DNA of 34,294 nt from Spongospora subterranea f. sp. subterranea (Eukaryota), in the NCBI GenBank assembly GCA_049724395.1, contig JAUGWO010000060.1:310001-344294 (forward strand), in the 5' to 3' direction. Both the position numbers and the translations under genes were made by a program. The notes below the pieces were generated by a model. It ran no database searches and was not told the origin of the DNA. It was given only the letters and a program-made list of their open reading frames with translations. This document shows positions 1-13,398 of the stretch, in pieces. Every line of letters begins with the position of its first letter. Position 1 is the stretch's first letter.

Positions 1-1688
1 CATTCATCTGGATGGGCAAAGACATCATCATGAGATTCACTCGTCGTTTGATCACCGTTTCGTCCCTGATCGAGGCGATGCGTCTCGCCGATTCCGGTCA
101 GTAGTGTTCGCACCGTGATGTTCATCGCAACGCCAACCTCCAACCTGACTGGAGATTGCAGAACGTGACGCCATTGTCATGCTCTGTTGCCCTGACAACG
201 TTAAACGCGGAGAGGAGCGGCGCCGATGGAAAAACGACCCAAAACGTACGTCGCTAACTGTTAAATTGGAGACCATGCGGGACGGTACGTTCATCTCATA
301 TCTATCATCGGCCGCGATTCCCCCTCTGAGATTCTGACAACAGGGGCGTTGGATTTACCATTACAGCCGATTGGTATCAGCGATGTGACATCGTGGGTGT
401 ATTCCACAGATAGTCTGGTCCGAATAGAATCGGTCCATCAGATGAGGGTAAGGAGGCGCTGACACACCTTGTCCCTGGCAGACTCCCCACACTCATATTT
501 CGAACAATCAGGTGATCGCCGCCTTCCTACGAGACCAGCTGTTCGAAGGTACGTTGGGCGAACGTCGTTGATGATCGTCCCTGATCGTCGCTGAGTTGTA
601 TTGGTGTCGTTGTTAACAGGCGGGCGCCGTGCCGCCGTCCCGTACGACCTGTGGCGCAACATCACAGGCGGCGACGTACTGGCCCAGCGAACGTGGTCGT
701 CCATGTTCCAACCGCATCGTGGGCCGGCTGTGGCGACCGTCGGCCCCCGCGAGTTTGTCTGGGGTCTCTACCAGGCGTTTGAGCGCCGGAAGCGGCTGCG
801 ATCCCAGGTGATGAATTTGGGCAATCTGTTCACGATGTTGAACACGGGGATCACCGGTCTCTGTCTGGTGATCGCCGCCGTCACCTTCGCCGCCTGTTTG
901 GGTGCCGATCTGTCCCGGCTCCTCGTCACCGTCAGCACCGTCTTTGTCGCCCTCAGTTTCGCCTTGTCTGGCACCCTAACCCGTTCGTAATCCACCGGAA
1001 ACCGTTTGTTCGTCGATCGCTAATCCTGTAATCTCAGGGGTGTTTGAGTCGCTCGTGTTCATATTTGTCGTGAAGGTAGGTCAATCGATGATCGTCCAAC
1101 TGATCGCCCCTCAACCACATTCCCTTAGGCGTATGAGATTGGCGATCGCGTCACGATCGACGATCACGACTATTTTATCGACAAGATCGAATTGATGTCG
1201 ACCGTGATGCGCAAAATCGATGGGCGAATAATGAAGATATCGAACATGGCACTATCGGATAAGTCGATCTTCAATCATCGTCGTTCAGGGTCTGAGTGTG
1301 CCCGTTATCGCCGCCAGAAATGATCTCCCTGATTTTTGTGTGAAATCCAGGCCAGCGTTGATCGATATCAAGTTCATGATCGCCTATGAGACCAGCGCTT
1401 CCCAATTGCATCAGCTGAAAATGATTCTTACCCAATACTGCAAGCTGAATTCCGATATTTGGAAGAGCGATGTCGAGTTCCTGATCGGCGATCTGATCGA
1501 CGATACGGCCACAGTTGTGACAGGGCGACTTCTATCATCGGTTAACATGGCAGGAAAAGGTCGCGTTGGACGAGCACCGGTTCGATCTGGCGCAATGCCT
1601 GCGCCAGGCGATGAACCAGATTGGGATCTTGACCAGCGGTAATGATGGTGTTGTGTATTACAATGGGGGGGCTGTTGAAGCCGCTTAG
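1..1688 (+). CDS. MscS-family (MSL-like) mechanosensitive ion channel, 5'-partial, multi-exon, one apparent +1 frameshift near 1540-1547
   Basis: Splicing GT-AG introns 983-1037, 1076-1128 and ~1290-1349 gives ...VFVALSFALSGTLTRVFESLVFIFVVKAYEIGDRVTID...KIDGRIMKISN...IFNHRRSG, the eukaryotic MscS core. The C-terminal WQEK...RQAMNQIGI lies one base out of frame and ends at TAG 1686-1688. The 5' exons are only partly resolved. Confidence 0.8.
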
Positions 1689-2210
1689 AACACCCATATG
1701 ATAAGATAATGATCGCAACAGTATAAAACATGGACAGACCATATTCCTATCAATCTCCTTGAATGGGGCCAAATACTGCTTCGCAGTGACATTGTCAAGT
1801 TGCAACTGATTGTGATCAGACAAAATTGTTATCCTTTCAATTCCGTCATTATGTTTTATTTCATTGAAATACGAAAGTTTCCACAGCCGCGAAACTCAAA
1901 ACAAAATTTGAAGACGAAAAGTAAAATGATATGCAGATCGAGGTTGAAAGTTGAAATGTACTGTAGCTGGCGCGTTGACGGAAATTCATATGAGTTGGTT
2001 GATTAAAGGCGTAATGACCACTATTAAATATGTCCAAAGTTGTCTGGGACTGTTAATTTGCAATCTTTCTGAAACTATTCCCAAAAATCATACCGATACG
2101 ACTGTTGATCGGATTATCTTCATCACTCTATGTACACCATTAACTGGTTACCGTTACGGCCGAACAACTTATCACGGATGGCGCTATGTACAACAGTCCT
2201 CTAGACAACA

Positions 2211-2838
2211 ATGGGGACATCGCAGCAGTTCGAAGCCAATGTTCAATCTGGCACCGGATCATGCACCGATCCATTGGCCATATTTCACTCTTGGTATTGT
2301 CAGTATGAACCTCAGCGACCAATCATATCTTCGGCCATGTGTTTATCGACGGTTGATCGCGATAATCAGCCGCATTCTCGTATGGTTCTATTGAAGGAGA
2401 TCACATCCACCGGGTTCATATTTGCCACAAACTACGATAGCGGTAAAGGCCGCCAAATCGAGGCCAATCCCAAAGTTGCACTTTTATTTTATTGGGGTGA
2501 TCGTCAGGTTCGAGTTGAAGGTGTTGCCACCAGGACCTCGGCGGTAGTTTCCGACAAGATATTTGCAGATAGGCCACGTGAGAGCCAGATTGCCGCATAC
2601 GCAAGCCGCCAATCACAAGCTATTGAGGAGCCGTCAGGCACTGGAAGATAAGGTCAAGATGGAATCGGAACGGTTTACTGGCGACGCCGTAATACCTCGC
2701 CCCGAGAATTGGGGTGGATACTATGTGGAACCGACGCTGTTTGAGTTTTGGCAAAATGGCGCGGATCGTGTCCATGACAGAATGGTATACAAATTGAATG
2801 GCTCACAAGAATGGACAACAACTCGTCTTCAGCCATAG
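2211..2838 (+). CDS. pdxH: Pyridoxine/pyridoxamine 5'-phosphate oxidase, intronless, +1 frameshift at ~2627
   Basis: Motifs DPLAIFHSW, PHSRMVLLKE, ATNYDSGKG, RQVRVEG, RPRESQIAAYASRQS, then in the next frame RPENWGGY...FEFWQ...RVHDR...RLQP*. Removing one G from GAGGAG restores QSQAIESRQALE. Confidence 0.93.
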
Positions 2839-3011
2839 AATGTTTTTCAAATACAAATGGAAAGATTTTAAAGACCGACGTCTATAGACTGTTTGCGCTA
2901 AAATCGGCACAATCTACTTCACGAACGACCAAGCTGACAGATTGGGATAAATCACCGCGATGAAGTATATTGATGATGTAAGGGAGAACATGAATTGGGG
3001 TCATGTCCTGA

Positions 3012-4822
3012 TCAGCCCATGAACGAAAATAAACCGGCGTCGCTTGCCTGTTCTTTGCTAAAAATCTCGAAATACTTGAAAATGATCGTGACGGCAAGCA
3101 GGATACCGGTTCCTGAACCGATGGCTCCAAGGAAATCGGCAAAAATAGATAAGGTACCGATACACATTCCACCGAAAGCAGCAGCAATCGGAATATAGCG
3201 ATCTAAAACTTGAACAACGGAAGAATCACGGTATCCTTTGATCGTCATATTCTGGTCACGAAGAGACTTCGCGACGTCCTTTGACGACGATCCCGACACT
3301 TCAATCCATGTTTTAGAGAAAAAGGCACATGTAGTTCTACCTGAAATGTTAAAAACGGAATACCAAGTCGCCAAGCAAGTGCTTACAGAATGAAGGTGAA
3401 ATATAAAATCGCGTGGATAGGGTCGTAAAGAATTTCGGATAGCGACCGAGGAGGCGATAAAAAGTAAGCCAAACCGGAGACTGGCACAGAGTATCCGCCG
3501 GCCATATCTTGCCAAGTTCCCAGCATGGAGACGAGAATATTTCCGCTGTAGCGCTTGTATAGCAGTTGAGAAAAGAAGTGCAGATTGGACACAAGAGCTG
3601 TTTGCAAGATAATGGGGATATTCGAGGTGTAGAACAGCTTGATGGGGTATGGCTGCGTATGTCCATTGATGTTCTTGTATTTGACCGGTAGATTGACGTG
3701 GAATCCCTACAAACCTAATAAGTTACAGCGTTCCAGGACCGTGGATGACGTCCCAACCTGGAAGTAGATGACGATAAGGAATACCAGGACAGTGGCGCAG
3801 AGATTTGTGCAGTTGGGAAGGTTGGTACGGTAAAATGCCTCCTTGAGAGCTCGAGCCTTATCAGTCCGTGTTATGAGCATGTGGAACAGCGCAATGACAG
3901 CACCTTCAAATTCAGTTCCACGGCCTGTATTAACCGTGGTAGGACTGAACGCCTGTAAAACGTTGAGTTTCGGGAGACAGAGAATTTGACCACACGAACC
4001 TTCCAAACAATATTTTCACAGATATTGGTCGCAATGAATAGCGAAATACCGGACCCAAGGCCATAACCTTTTTCAAGAAGTTCATCAAGCATGGCCACGA
4101 TAAGACCGGCAAGAAGAAGCTGGACGACGATGAGGATGGCGTTACCAGCACCAAGTTCGCGGGTGTCTCCATACATTCCCGACATAACATAGGCAACCTA
4201 CAAACGTTCCTTAGCGAATCATTTGATATTTTTGATTATCTGAAAAACACACCGCTTGACCGGCAGTTACAACCATCCCAAAAAGCTTCTGAATACCGGC
4301 AAAGAGCTGACGCTCTTCCTTGTTGCTATGATCAACAGATATAAGCTTGGATCCCGCCAGTAACTGCATTATCATTCCAGAAGTGACAACAGGTGTAATT
4401 CCGAGCTCCATTAACGTCCCTCGGTTGGAAGCTGTTATGACACGTACCTAATACAGAAAGTTAATGCTGGCTACACACAGTAAACATAGGAAATTAAACA
4501 TACCCAGTACATGGGATCAGAGGATTTCGAAGAGACAATACCATAAAGTGGAACTTGGCAGCATACTAAGAAAATAAGCAGCGTGACAATGGTCCACATC
4601 GCTTTTTCTTTGAACTGCACGCGGCGAACAGGGGGCTGAATCTCGGGCAGGATTGAAACCAAAGGCTTCAACATATGGATGAATGTTGACACTATTGTAA
4701 ATACAAGTCATTACATGTATGGAACATGAGAACGAACAAAACATAATGAACGGAGAAAACCTCGTCGAATATACCAACAAATGTCTGGTCTACGATAGCC
4801 AGAACTGAAGTGCGAACTTACT
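3012..4822 (-). CDS. SEC61A: Protein transport protein Sec61 subunit alpha (SecY family), about 6 introns, no lesion seen
   Basis: Spliced product contains [83 protein letters not shown] and [14 protein letters not shown]. Introns at about 4503-4448, 4252-4198, 3999-3954, 3757-3707 and 3386-3337. The start codon is probably formed across intron 4821-4692. Confidence 0.97.
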
Positions 4823-5318
4823 CGTGTCGGAACCTCAGCGACGAACTCCGTCAAGGGAGAAATGACGAAAATCAGCAGCTGCTTGACCGCCGTTCCTGCG
4901 ACCGATTGTGATTGTACGACCTCTATCACCAATCGCCAACAGTTGATCGATTGACAGAGACTGACTGAGAGGGCAGGGCGGCTGGGGCCCATGCAACAAC
5001 TCCGCGATCGCGCGCGGTCAGTGGATGACAGGCCGCAGGCAGTCACTCTACTGTACATAAAGCAACATAATCACGACGCTACTGCAGCCTACAGCCCGAC
5101 CAGTGTGTTCAGTGTCAGCCTGTCCGGTTCAGAGTATAGCTGTTTTTGTCTTGTTCCATCGTAAATCTGTACTATTCACGTGACAAAACTTGATTTTGTC
5201 TATTTCATTTTCATGTGTAAATGCCAGGCGGCATGATTTTAAATCCACAGTTTATTGAAAATGTTTAATAGACACCATGATTCTGTCAGTGTAGGTACTT
5301 ATAAGTCAATAATATATA

Positions 5319-8290
5319 TTAGTCACGCTTATGCTCCATAACCATCTCATCAGTCGCAGCGAGCTCATCGATGGCCCGAAATTGTGCAGGCCATAACGTA
5401 TTATACAAGAATTGGCGTAGGTCAAACCGATTATCATCAGGCGAATAATTTTCTGCATGAAGGGCTGGCGTCAACACGGTCATCTTGTGGCGATTAGCCG
5501 AATAGTGGTAGAAGAATTTTTTCACTTTGATGGCGATCAAACTCGGCTGCATGGCGCTTGTGATTTAACATGATACAAAGTGAAGTATAAAATATGATAA
5601 ATACCTTATAGTGACCCCAAAGATATTTTAACTTCCGATACATGGAAAGAGGTCCACACCTCTCAATGCTTCTCAAGCGGCCGAATATGCTAAGCTCTTC
5701 ATAGGTCATCCCCATATCGGCTTCATCAGTCTGCGAATAACTCTCCGATATTGGCTGCAGTTCGGCTGACTACAAAATTACTCAGAATTAACTGCGATTT
5801 TCTCATTTCTTACGGGTGGGGCATCCAGAATGGACTGCAGGCTTTCGTACCCCATAGAACTCTTTGCCCACAGTAAGAACTTCCTCAAATCGGTTTTGCT
5901 GATACCGCCAATTGGGTTGATATCCGCACTAGAGCAATCATACTTAGTCCTGAAAACATCAATGAATTCGCCGATTGGTTTAGTAGTTTCTCGAAAATAC
6001 ATGTATCCTCTCAAAGCTTCGTCAACATTACTGCATCCTAAGACTATCAAGAATCCAAATTTGCCTTTTGTCCATGGCAAAAGTTGTGCCATCATGAAAG
6101 ATAATACCTGTAGAAAACGATCATTTTCCTGGTTGCTAAACTACATTCAGTTACCATTCGGCAACGCGCCTGTAGGTTCTGCAACGCAACGTTTTCGACT
6201 TTGTCCCCAGTGAAAGATGGAACTTTCCCACCAAATAGTGACGAGAATAGCGACTGTGCACCCAAGAAATATCGGAGCCAATTAACTTAAAAAGCACATA
6301 GGTACCAGAAACACATTGACGATCGCATCAATATTTACGTATATGTGATTGGTTCCAATTTCTTCAGCTAATTTCTCAGCTCTTCTCTGAGTCTCAAATG
6401 AGCTGTTCGAGGTTCCTATCGCCAAAATTAGCATGTAAAGACTATCACTTATATCAATACCCATGTAGGTAGTAGTGAATAACAGTCTAACAAGGTCCTT
6501 AGCGGAACTCGGCATCGAAACGGACTGAGTAAGAATGCGTTGGAGATCGCTCATGACAACTGGATCACCAGATGTTACTGCCGCCATAACATTTTGACAC
6601 ATTACGCCAACGAGGGAAGCCACCGCCGCCTGCTCAGGTCTGATTTACTATTTTTCTAAAGCATAAAAGGCCATTACGCTATCTGCTCCGCCAGAAAGAG
6701 GAAGGAAGAATCCTGACGCGTTTGACCGTCGAAGGTAATCCCAAAGCCAACAACTGGCGCCTAAAGCATAAGACATGGGTTTTGGCACACTTTCTACGAC
6801 GTACACTTACTCAGTGCAATTTCTTCTTCAACCTGCTCAACTTGTTATTCGTTCGATTGAAAATTATGAAAAAATTGGAACATACGGTGTGGTATTTCAA
6901 TTCTTTCGTTGGAGTCGGAATATCATGAGATGGTTTTTCAGAAGATCGATGCAATGCAAAGCTGTTATTTACAACCGGGAGACGTTTCACTGATGAAGAC
7001 TGTTGACTGCGACTGCTGATACAGCCTCGATAAGACCGAATATCTTCTAAATCAACAACTGCTGTCGCCACCTAAAAAAATACCTTAGACTTGGAAAGTC
7101 TGGACACTTGACAAATTATCACCTCAACGTCTGTTATGGCAAATTGCGATCCTTGTGCCAAAACATTGCCATTTAAGCATATAAGAGCACATCCGTCATA
7201 GTACAAACGGCCACCATCGCATCCCTGTTTGTTGATGTTAATAAGTATAAGCGGGTTCAAAAGCGACAACATGACCCGTTGATTAGCATATAAATAAAGG
7301 CCACCGCATTTTCGAACCGCGCTCGTGATCAACTTAAGTCTGTCATCGAGTTTACGAAGATTGTGATGAGAGCCTGACCCGTTTAATATAATCTCTACCC
7401 CTTTTGCCCAAACGAATTTGGTTTAAATGATTTCATAATCCCAAACTCATACCGTTCAGTGATAAAGAAATATGTGGACTATCTGGTGTAAACAGTTCCT
7501 CGCACAGTTCGACTCCGATCGATGTATCGCGCAGCTGCAGAATCGCTGCGCCAAACGGAACGGATTCGTCCCCGGTGATATCGGATATGAACTTTGGTAC
7601 GATATGCTGATCAACGCCGTCCAATCGAGTCCATGAACAGAACCTGAAAAAAAGTGATCAACAATTGCTGCACTCTAGAACGACGGAACTCGCCATCTAG
7701 CCTCTCGATAATTGCCGTCATTAGCCAGGTGCATCTGTAGTTTTGATGAGCCGACTATAACAGTCGATAGAGTGATAGAGAGCGATTACTAGCCTTTGGA
7801 CGGATCAAAACAATTTTCTTATCGACGACGAAGACTCGGCAATTATAGCGTGAATTGTTGTGAACGACAGCCATTCCAATGTCGCAAAGAATATCTATAC
7901 AAAATGATCAGAACCTAAGCTGCGTTTGAACAAACTGCAGCGCACTGCAAGTCAGCGATGAATCCAGAATGGCGGCCAACGACTTCCATGAATGATAATA
8001 CGTATCCTAACAGATTTTCAAGCTTAGGTTTGGAAGGCATTGGGGCTTTATCCATAAAACCTGTTCCAAGAAGTGATCTTCGCAACCATATCCGGATATT
8101 TCAAGTTCCGGTCCAAGACGAAGACGCGCACCTTGGCCCTATAGATTGTAAATTTTTTTGCAAGTTGAGTTTGCAGCAACGTATTTACCTTGGCGATCTC
8201 TATCGAACGCCGAATATTGTGAAGGTTGAGGTCGAAGTCCATTGCCCATTGATTTAGATTGCAAGTCGCCACTTTCACGAGGCATTGCAT
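5319..8290 (-). CDS. NADSYN1: Glutamine-dependent NAD+ synthetase (nitrilase domain + synthetase domain), about 17 short introns
   Basis: Spliced product: [83 protein letters not shown]...[65 protein letters not shown]. The frame is continuous after splicing. Confidence 0.97.
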
Positions 8291-8735
8291 CGTTCAAACC
8301 CGAATTTTGATCCACTTTGCTGGATGTGTGAATTGACCGAATGAACCCGATCCGGGTTGCGATTTAACATGTGTACCGTATAATGACACTCATGGAGTGG
8401 TTACGGAAGGGGCTACTCTGTCTCTTATCCGAACCTTATCCTCTCATCCCACTCGACAACTCTGCTCTTTCTTTTACTCGCCCATTAGACCTATCCTCTC
8501 TTCTCACTCATGTAACTCTGCTCTTTCTAGAAATCGTCCAGTAAATTGGTCTTTTTATTATATGGTTTTCGTGACGTACTCAGTCGATATTGCTTTGTCT
8601 TTATGATCGAAGCGTTTTTTCGTTTCAATGAACGGACCGACATTTTATGAAAAGTTCCGATTAAGGCTGGGAGTGAAGCGACGTATACTGTTTTGTGAAT
8701 AAATTCGAGCGACTTAAGTATGTTTTTATTTCCGA

Positions 8736-9975
<1,240 letters not shown>

Positions 9976-10044
9976 GAAATGGAGCAAGATGAGAAGGGTA
10001 TGGAGTGATGACCGCAGCCTCTAACCCCTAACTGATTACCTGTC

Positions 10045-10328
10045 AGACCAATGATGGGTTAGATAGCTATCGACACAATCAACGGACACGCGATCTGAAC
10101 CACCGTCCGTTATCCCGTTACCATTAACAGACCAATAATGGGTTAGGTAGATATGGACATCAAAGGGCACTCGAGATGAACCACTTGTGTACCGTTACCA
10201 CTCATCAGACCCATAATGGGATAGATTAGATAGATATGGACATCAAAGGGCACTCGAGATGAACCACTTGGGTACCGTTACCACTCATCAGACCCATAAT
10301 GGGATAGATTAGATAGATAGATATGGAC
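10045..10328. repeat. Tandem repeat, unit ~78-83 bp, about 3.5 copies
   Basis: CAGACC(C/A)AT(A/G)ATGGG recurs at about 10045, 10128, 10206 and 10289, and GATATGGACATCAAAGGGCACTCGAGATGAACCACTTG is repeated exactly. The first copy is the most diverged. Confidence 0.9.
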
Positions 10329-11859
10329 TGAGAACACAATTTCATAGGACCCGCGAGCTGGACCACCGATATCCTTTGGCCATCTTGGAAAGAGATTGAC
10401 CCTCTTGTCAACCCTAATCTGCACCATAAGGGTGTTTCCTTCGACTAGCCTCAACTTCTGTGTTTTGCGAGGCATTCACACTGCCTCAATCCTTATTGAA
10501 CTTTAAAAATTGTTGATTAATGTATCTCCTACTTCTTGACGGTGGTATGGTATCCCCAGTGTGATCACTCGTCTCCATCCATATTATTTTTCACATACCC
10601 CCTCCGTTTTTCTATGGTCGCAAATGGGACCTGAAAATGTTCAAAAATTACTTGTCGCATCGGTTTACGAGCAGCGAGATTGTATTGGTCGTCGAGACAT
10701 GAGACCTTAATCTCAGTAGTGGTCATTGCACCGGTTATTCGGATTTTACGTGATCTGGATGCTCTGAAACAAAGCACCAGACGCCGAGTTTTCCGGCAAA
10801 CCCGCATTCCCATTGCTGTCGAAAATTGGCTTCGACAGTGCAGCTAGAAACATTACTCTCATGATGAAAATTTTGTTTAGCACCCTACGAAGTGGCTGAT
10901 TTTGATCCGGAAGGAGGCGATCTCACGCCATGTCATCAACTACTCTGCATGCAATAATGTTGCATTGGTAAACGGTGATGCGTCTACCTCGCTTCATAGA
11001 GACCTGCCGCATTGTATTCAACATTTACATTGATGTTTTACTAGCATGGCAAAGAATCAAAACTTTCTCGATTTTTTTACCAAATCGTATGGGTTTAGGA
11101 ACACGGAAGGCAACATATTTTTTTTCAGCAATCAGATTAAAAATGTTGATAGTTTTGTCTAATAAGAAACTCGACAATTCTCTGCAACAAACGGAACGAG
11201 TATTTCTTTCACCTTGGGCTTCGCAATTATGGAAAAAATATATCAGGTTGATGTTGAAACGATTTTCAGTAGCTGTCAGGCCGATTTCTGCGCTATTGGA
11301 ATGCGAAAAGGAAACAATTTTTCAAAATTGTGCAAGTCCATGTTGAAAGAGGACCCTCAAAACACCGGATTTGCGATCTTTGATTATTCCTCAACATTAG
11401 GGGCCAGGAAGGGATTTCAATTTGATGAACGACTCCTTGATATTGCTTGCTCGGCTAGAATTGTCGGCAAATCAAAGTATTGTTTGTCGTATGCCACCAG
11501 CCATTTTAGCAAGGTTGGGCAAATATTTTGCGCTCTTCGATGGTCAACGCGGCGACGACCAGAATGAAAACCAACATTGCCTGGCGGCATCAGTGGTCGG
11601 CCTCTCGTTATCAGTCGAAACGCAAGTCCCGGCGCTATATCTGATTCGAATGTCGAATCTAGGCAGGACTTTGTTTGCGAAAACGGAGCAGAGATTTTTC
11701 CCATGGATTTACCACATGACATGATCATATCTGTTCCAGCGTCGTTTCACGTTCCTGGTTGGAGCATTGACTTGTTTTTGGGCGTGCTCTGCACAGAAAC
11801 TGTCACCGAGCACTAACTAATTATATATAGATTTAGGAATTTGGATTTTTCCAAAAACA

Positions 11860-12322
11860 TTTATTGGTGGTTTTTGTACCTGTCGAGCGGGGGTTTGTGG
11901 TGTGGCGTTTGGCGCTGATCTTTTCCGTGCTGACTTAGAGTGCATCTCTTTGAGAGCCCCCGCTTGTAGTATGGCATTGACAGTAGCTTGTTGTTTAATC
12001 CACTGCTCAAAAGTCTTTTTAGAAGAACAATTGAGCCACGCCGCCATCAAAATCTTTGCTTCTCAAGCAGAGCGAAGAGAGACATTTGTTGGAGGCATTC
12101 GACAACGAGGCGGTATCAATGGCAATCAGCACATTGACGTCCGAATGCATGGCTAAGTGGATTAAACAACAAGCCACAGTCAATGCCATACTGCAAGCGG
12201 AGGCTCTCAAAGAGATGCACGCAAAACCCAAAACGGCCCATGGACCACGTGAAAGTCAGCACGGAAAAGATCAGCGCCAAACCACCAACCCCCGCTGGAC
12301 AGGTACAAAACCCACCAAAAAT
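11860..12322. repeat. Diverged inverted repeat (arms ~11860-12004 and ~12156-12322, spacer ~150 bp)
   Basis: Both strands encode WIKQQATVNAILQA(G/E)ALKEMH and share AAGTCAGCACGGAAAAGATCAGCGCCAAAC; the arms differ by substitutions and indels. Confidence 0.9.
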
Positions 12323-12575
12323 CGAGTTAAAATACACATTACGTGGAAGTCCCGGATCGTATTTCCCATAATCGTTAATGATGACTGTTAAAAACGCTAT
12401 AGATGTCGAAAAGGATGTGAGTGCATCTCGGCGTTTGCGACACAAAGAAGCGAGTTTTTCCGCATTATCTGGTTGGGAGGGATCCGCCAGAAGATGGCAC
12501 TGTTCTAAATGAATCGGGTCTGTTGGAACTCATCCAAGACGGGTTCTCGCTTCTACTTGCGGATATGCACTCAAA

Positions 12576-12617
12576 TGAAAGGTCTGGGTCATGATTTGAA
12601 AGGTCTGGGTCATGATT
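12576..12617. repeat. Perfect 21-bp tandem duplication
   Basis: TGAAAGGTCTGGGTCATGATT occurs twice in direct succession. Confidence 0.9.
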
Positions 12618-12994
12618 TCGGTCCAACCTTGTCTTTTTCAGACTTGAGGATCGGGTTGAGCTCACATCGAATTGTGAACTGAGTAAGGCAACCTTTGAAC
12701 AATTGTGATACTGTAAAGGACGTGATGCCATACGAGACCTACATCGACTCAATCCAGTTGGTACATAAATTCATCAACGTCAGGAAGGTTGATATATTCG
12801 ATATCCAAGCGGCTCATCGCTACAACGTAGCGCTGAACCGCTAAATCATGCGCTGATTGAGAGACGCCATACTCCTCTCTAAACTTGGCCACAGCTGTCT
12901 AGCGAAGATGACCTCTCGTAGTCATCCTTCCGACAAATGGCTACAGGGACTGTACCCCGGAGAAACTCTGCGAGAATGAACACAATCGCCTTGG

Positions 12995-13395
12995 TTGGCT
13001 GAATCCGGCGTACTCTGCTCCAGGGTTCTTGTTCGTTTGGCTGTTTTGCAGCCATAAGGACGCTGAGGCGTTAGGAGATCGTCGAGTTTATTCGACAACG
13101 ATTCGGTGAACGATTCGGTGCTTGGCGGCGTCTTTCGGTCAGACAATTTCTTACCGAAGAGGTCGGTATAAGTCGTCCATTTCGGAGATTTTCTGAGTGC
13201 CTCCCATGATGATAGTGAAGTGAACTCCACGTTGTTGGAAGAAGTGTCTTCATAACGCGACAATGCTTCTCTTTGATAATCTTCGGGAGACCAGCCCGAG
13301 TGCTCTTCGTTCTGAAGGCACTGCCAAATTCTACAAAACTTGGAAACAGTAGCTTGTGGACATGACCATCTGGACTGCAACGATGACCACGATCT
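12995..13395 (-). pseudogene. Inverted partial copy of the adjacent Harbinger Myb-like ORF
   Basis: Reverse complement matches 13624-14015 (QATVSKFC..WQCLQNEEHSGWSPEDYQREAL...TPDSA) with scattered substitutions and small indels. Confidence 0.92.
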
Positions 13396-13398
13396 ATA

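Noticed and set aside
1700..2200. Short ORFs between the MscS-like gene and pdxH
   Set aside because: AT-rich intergenic sequence with no recognisable motifs.
10021..10034. Telomere-like CTAACCCCTAAC
   Set aside because: Fewer than two full units; compatible with chance.
10045..10328. CRISPR-like array
   Set aside because: Whole ~80-bp units repeat, there are no unique spacers and no cas genes.
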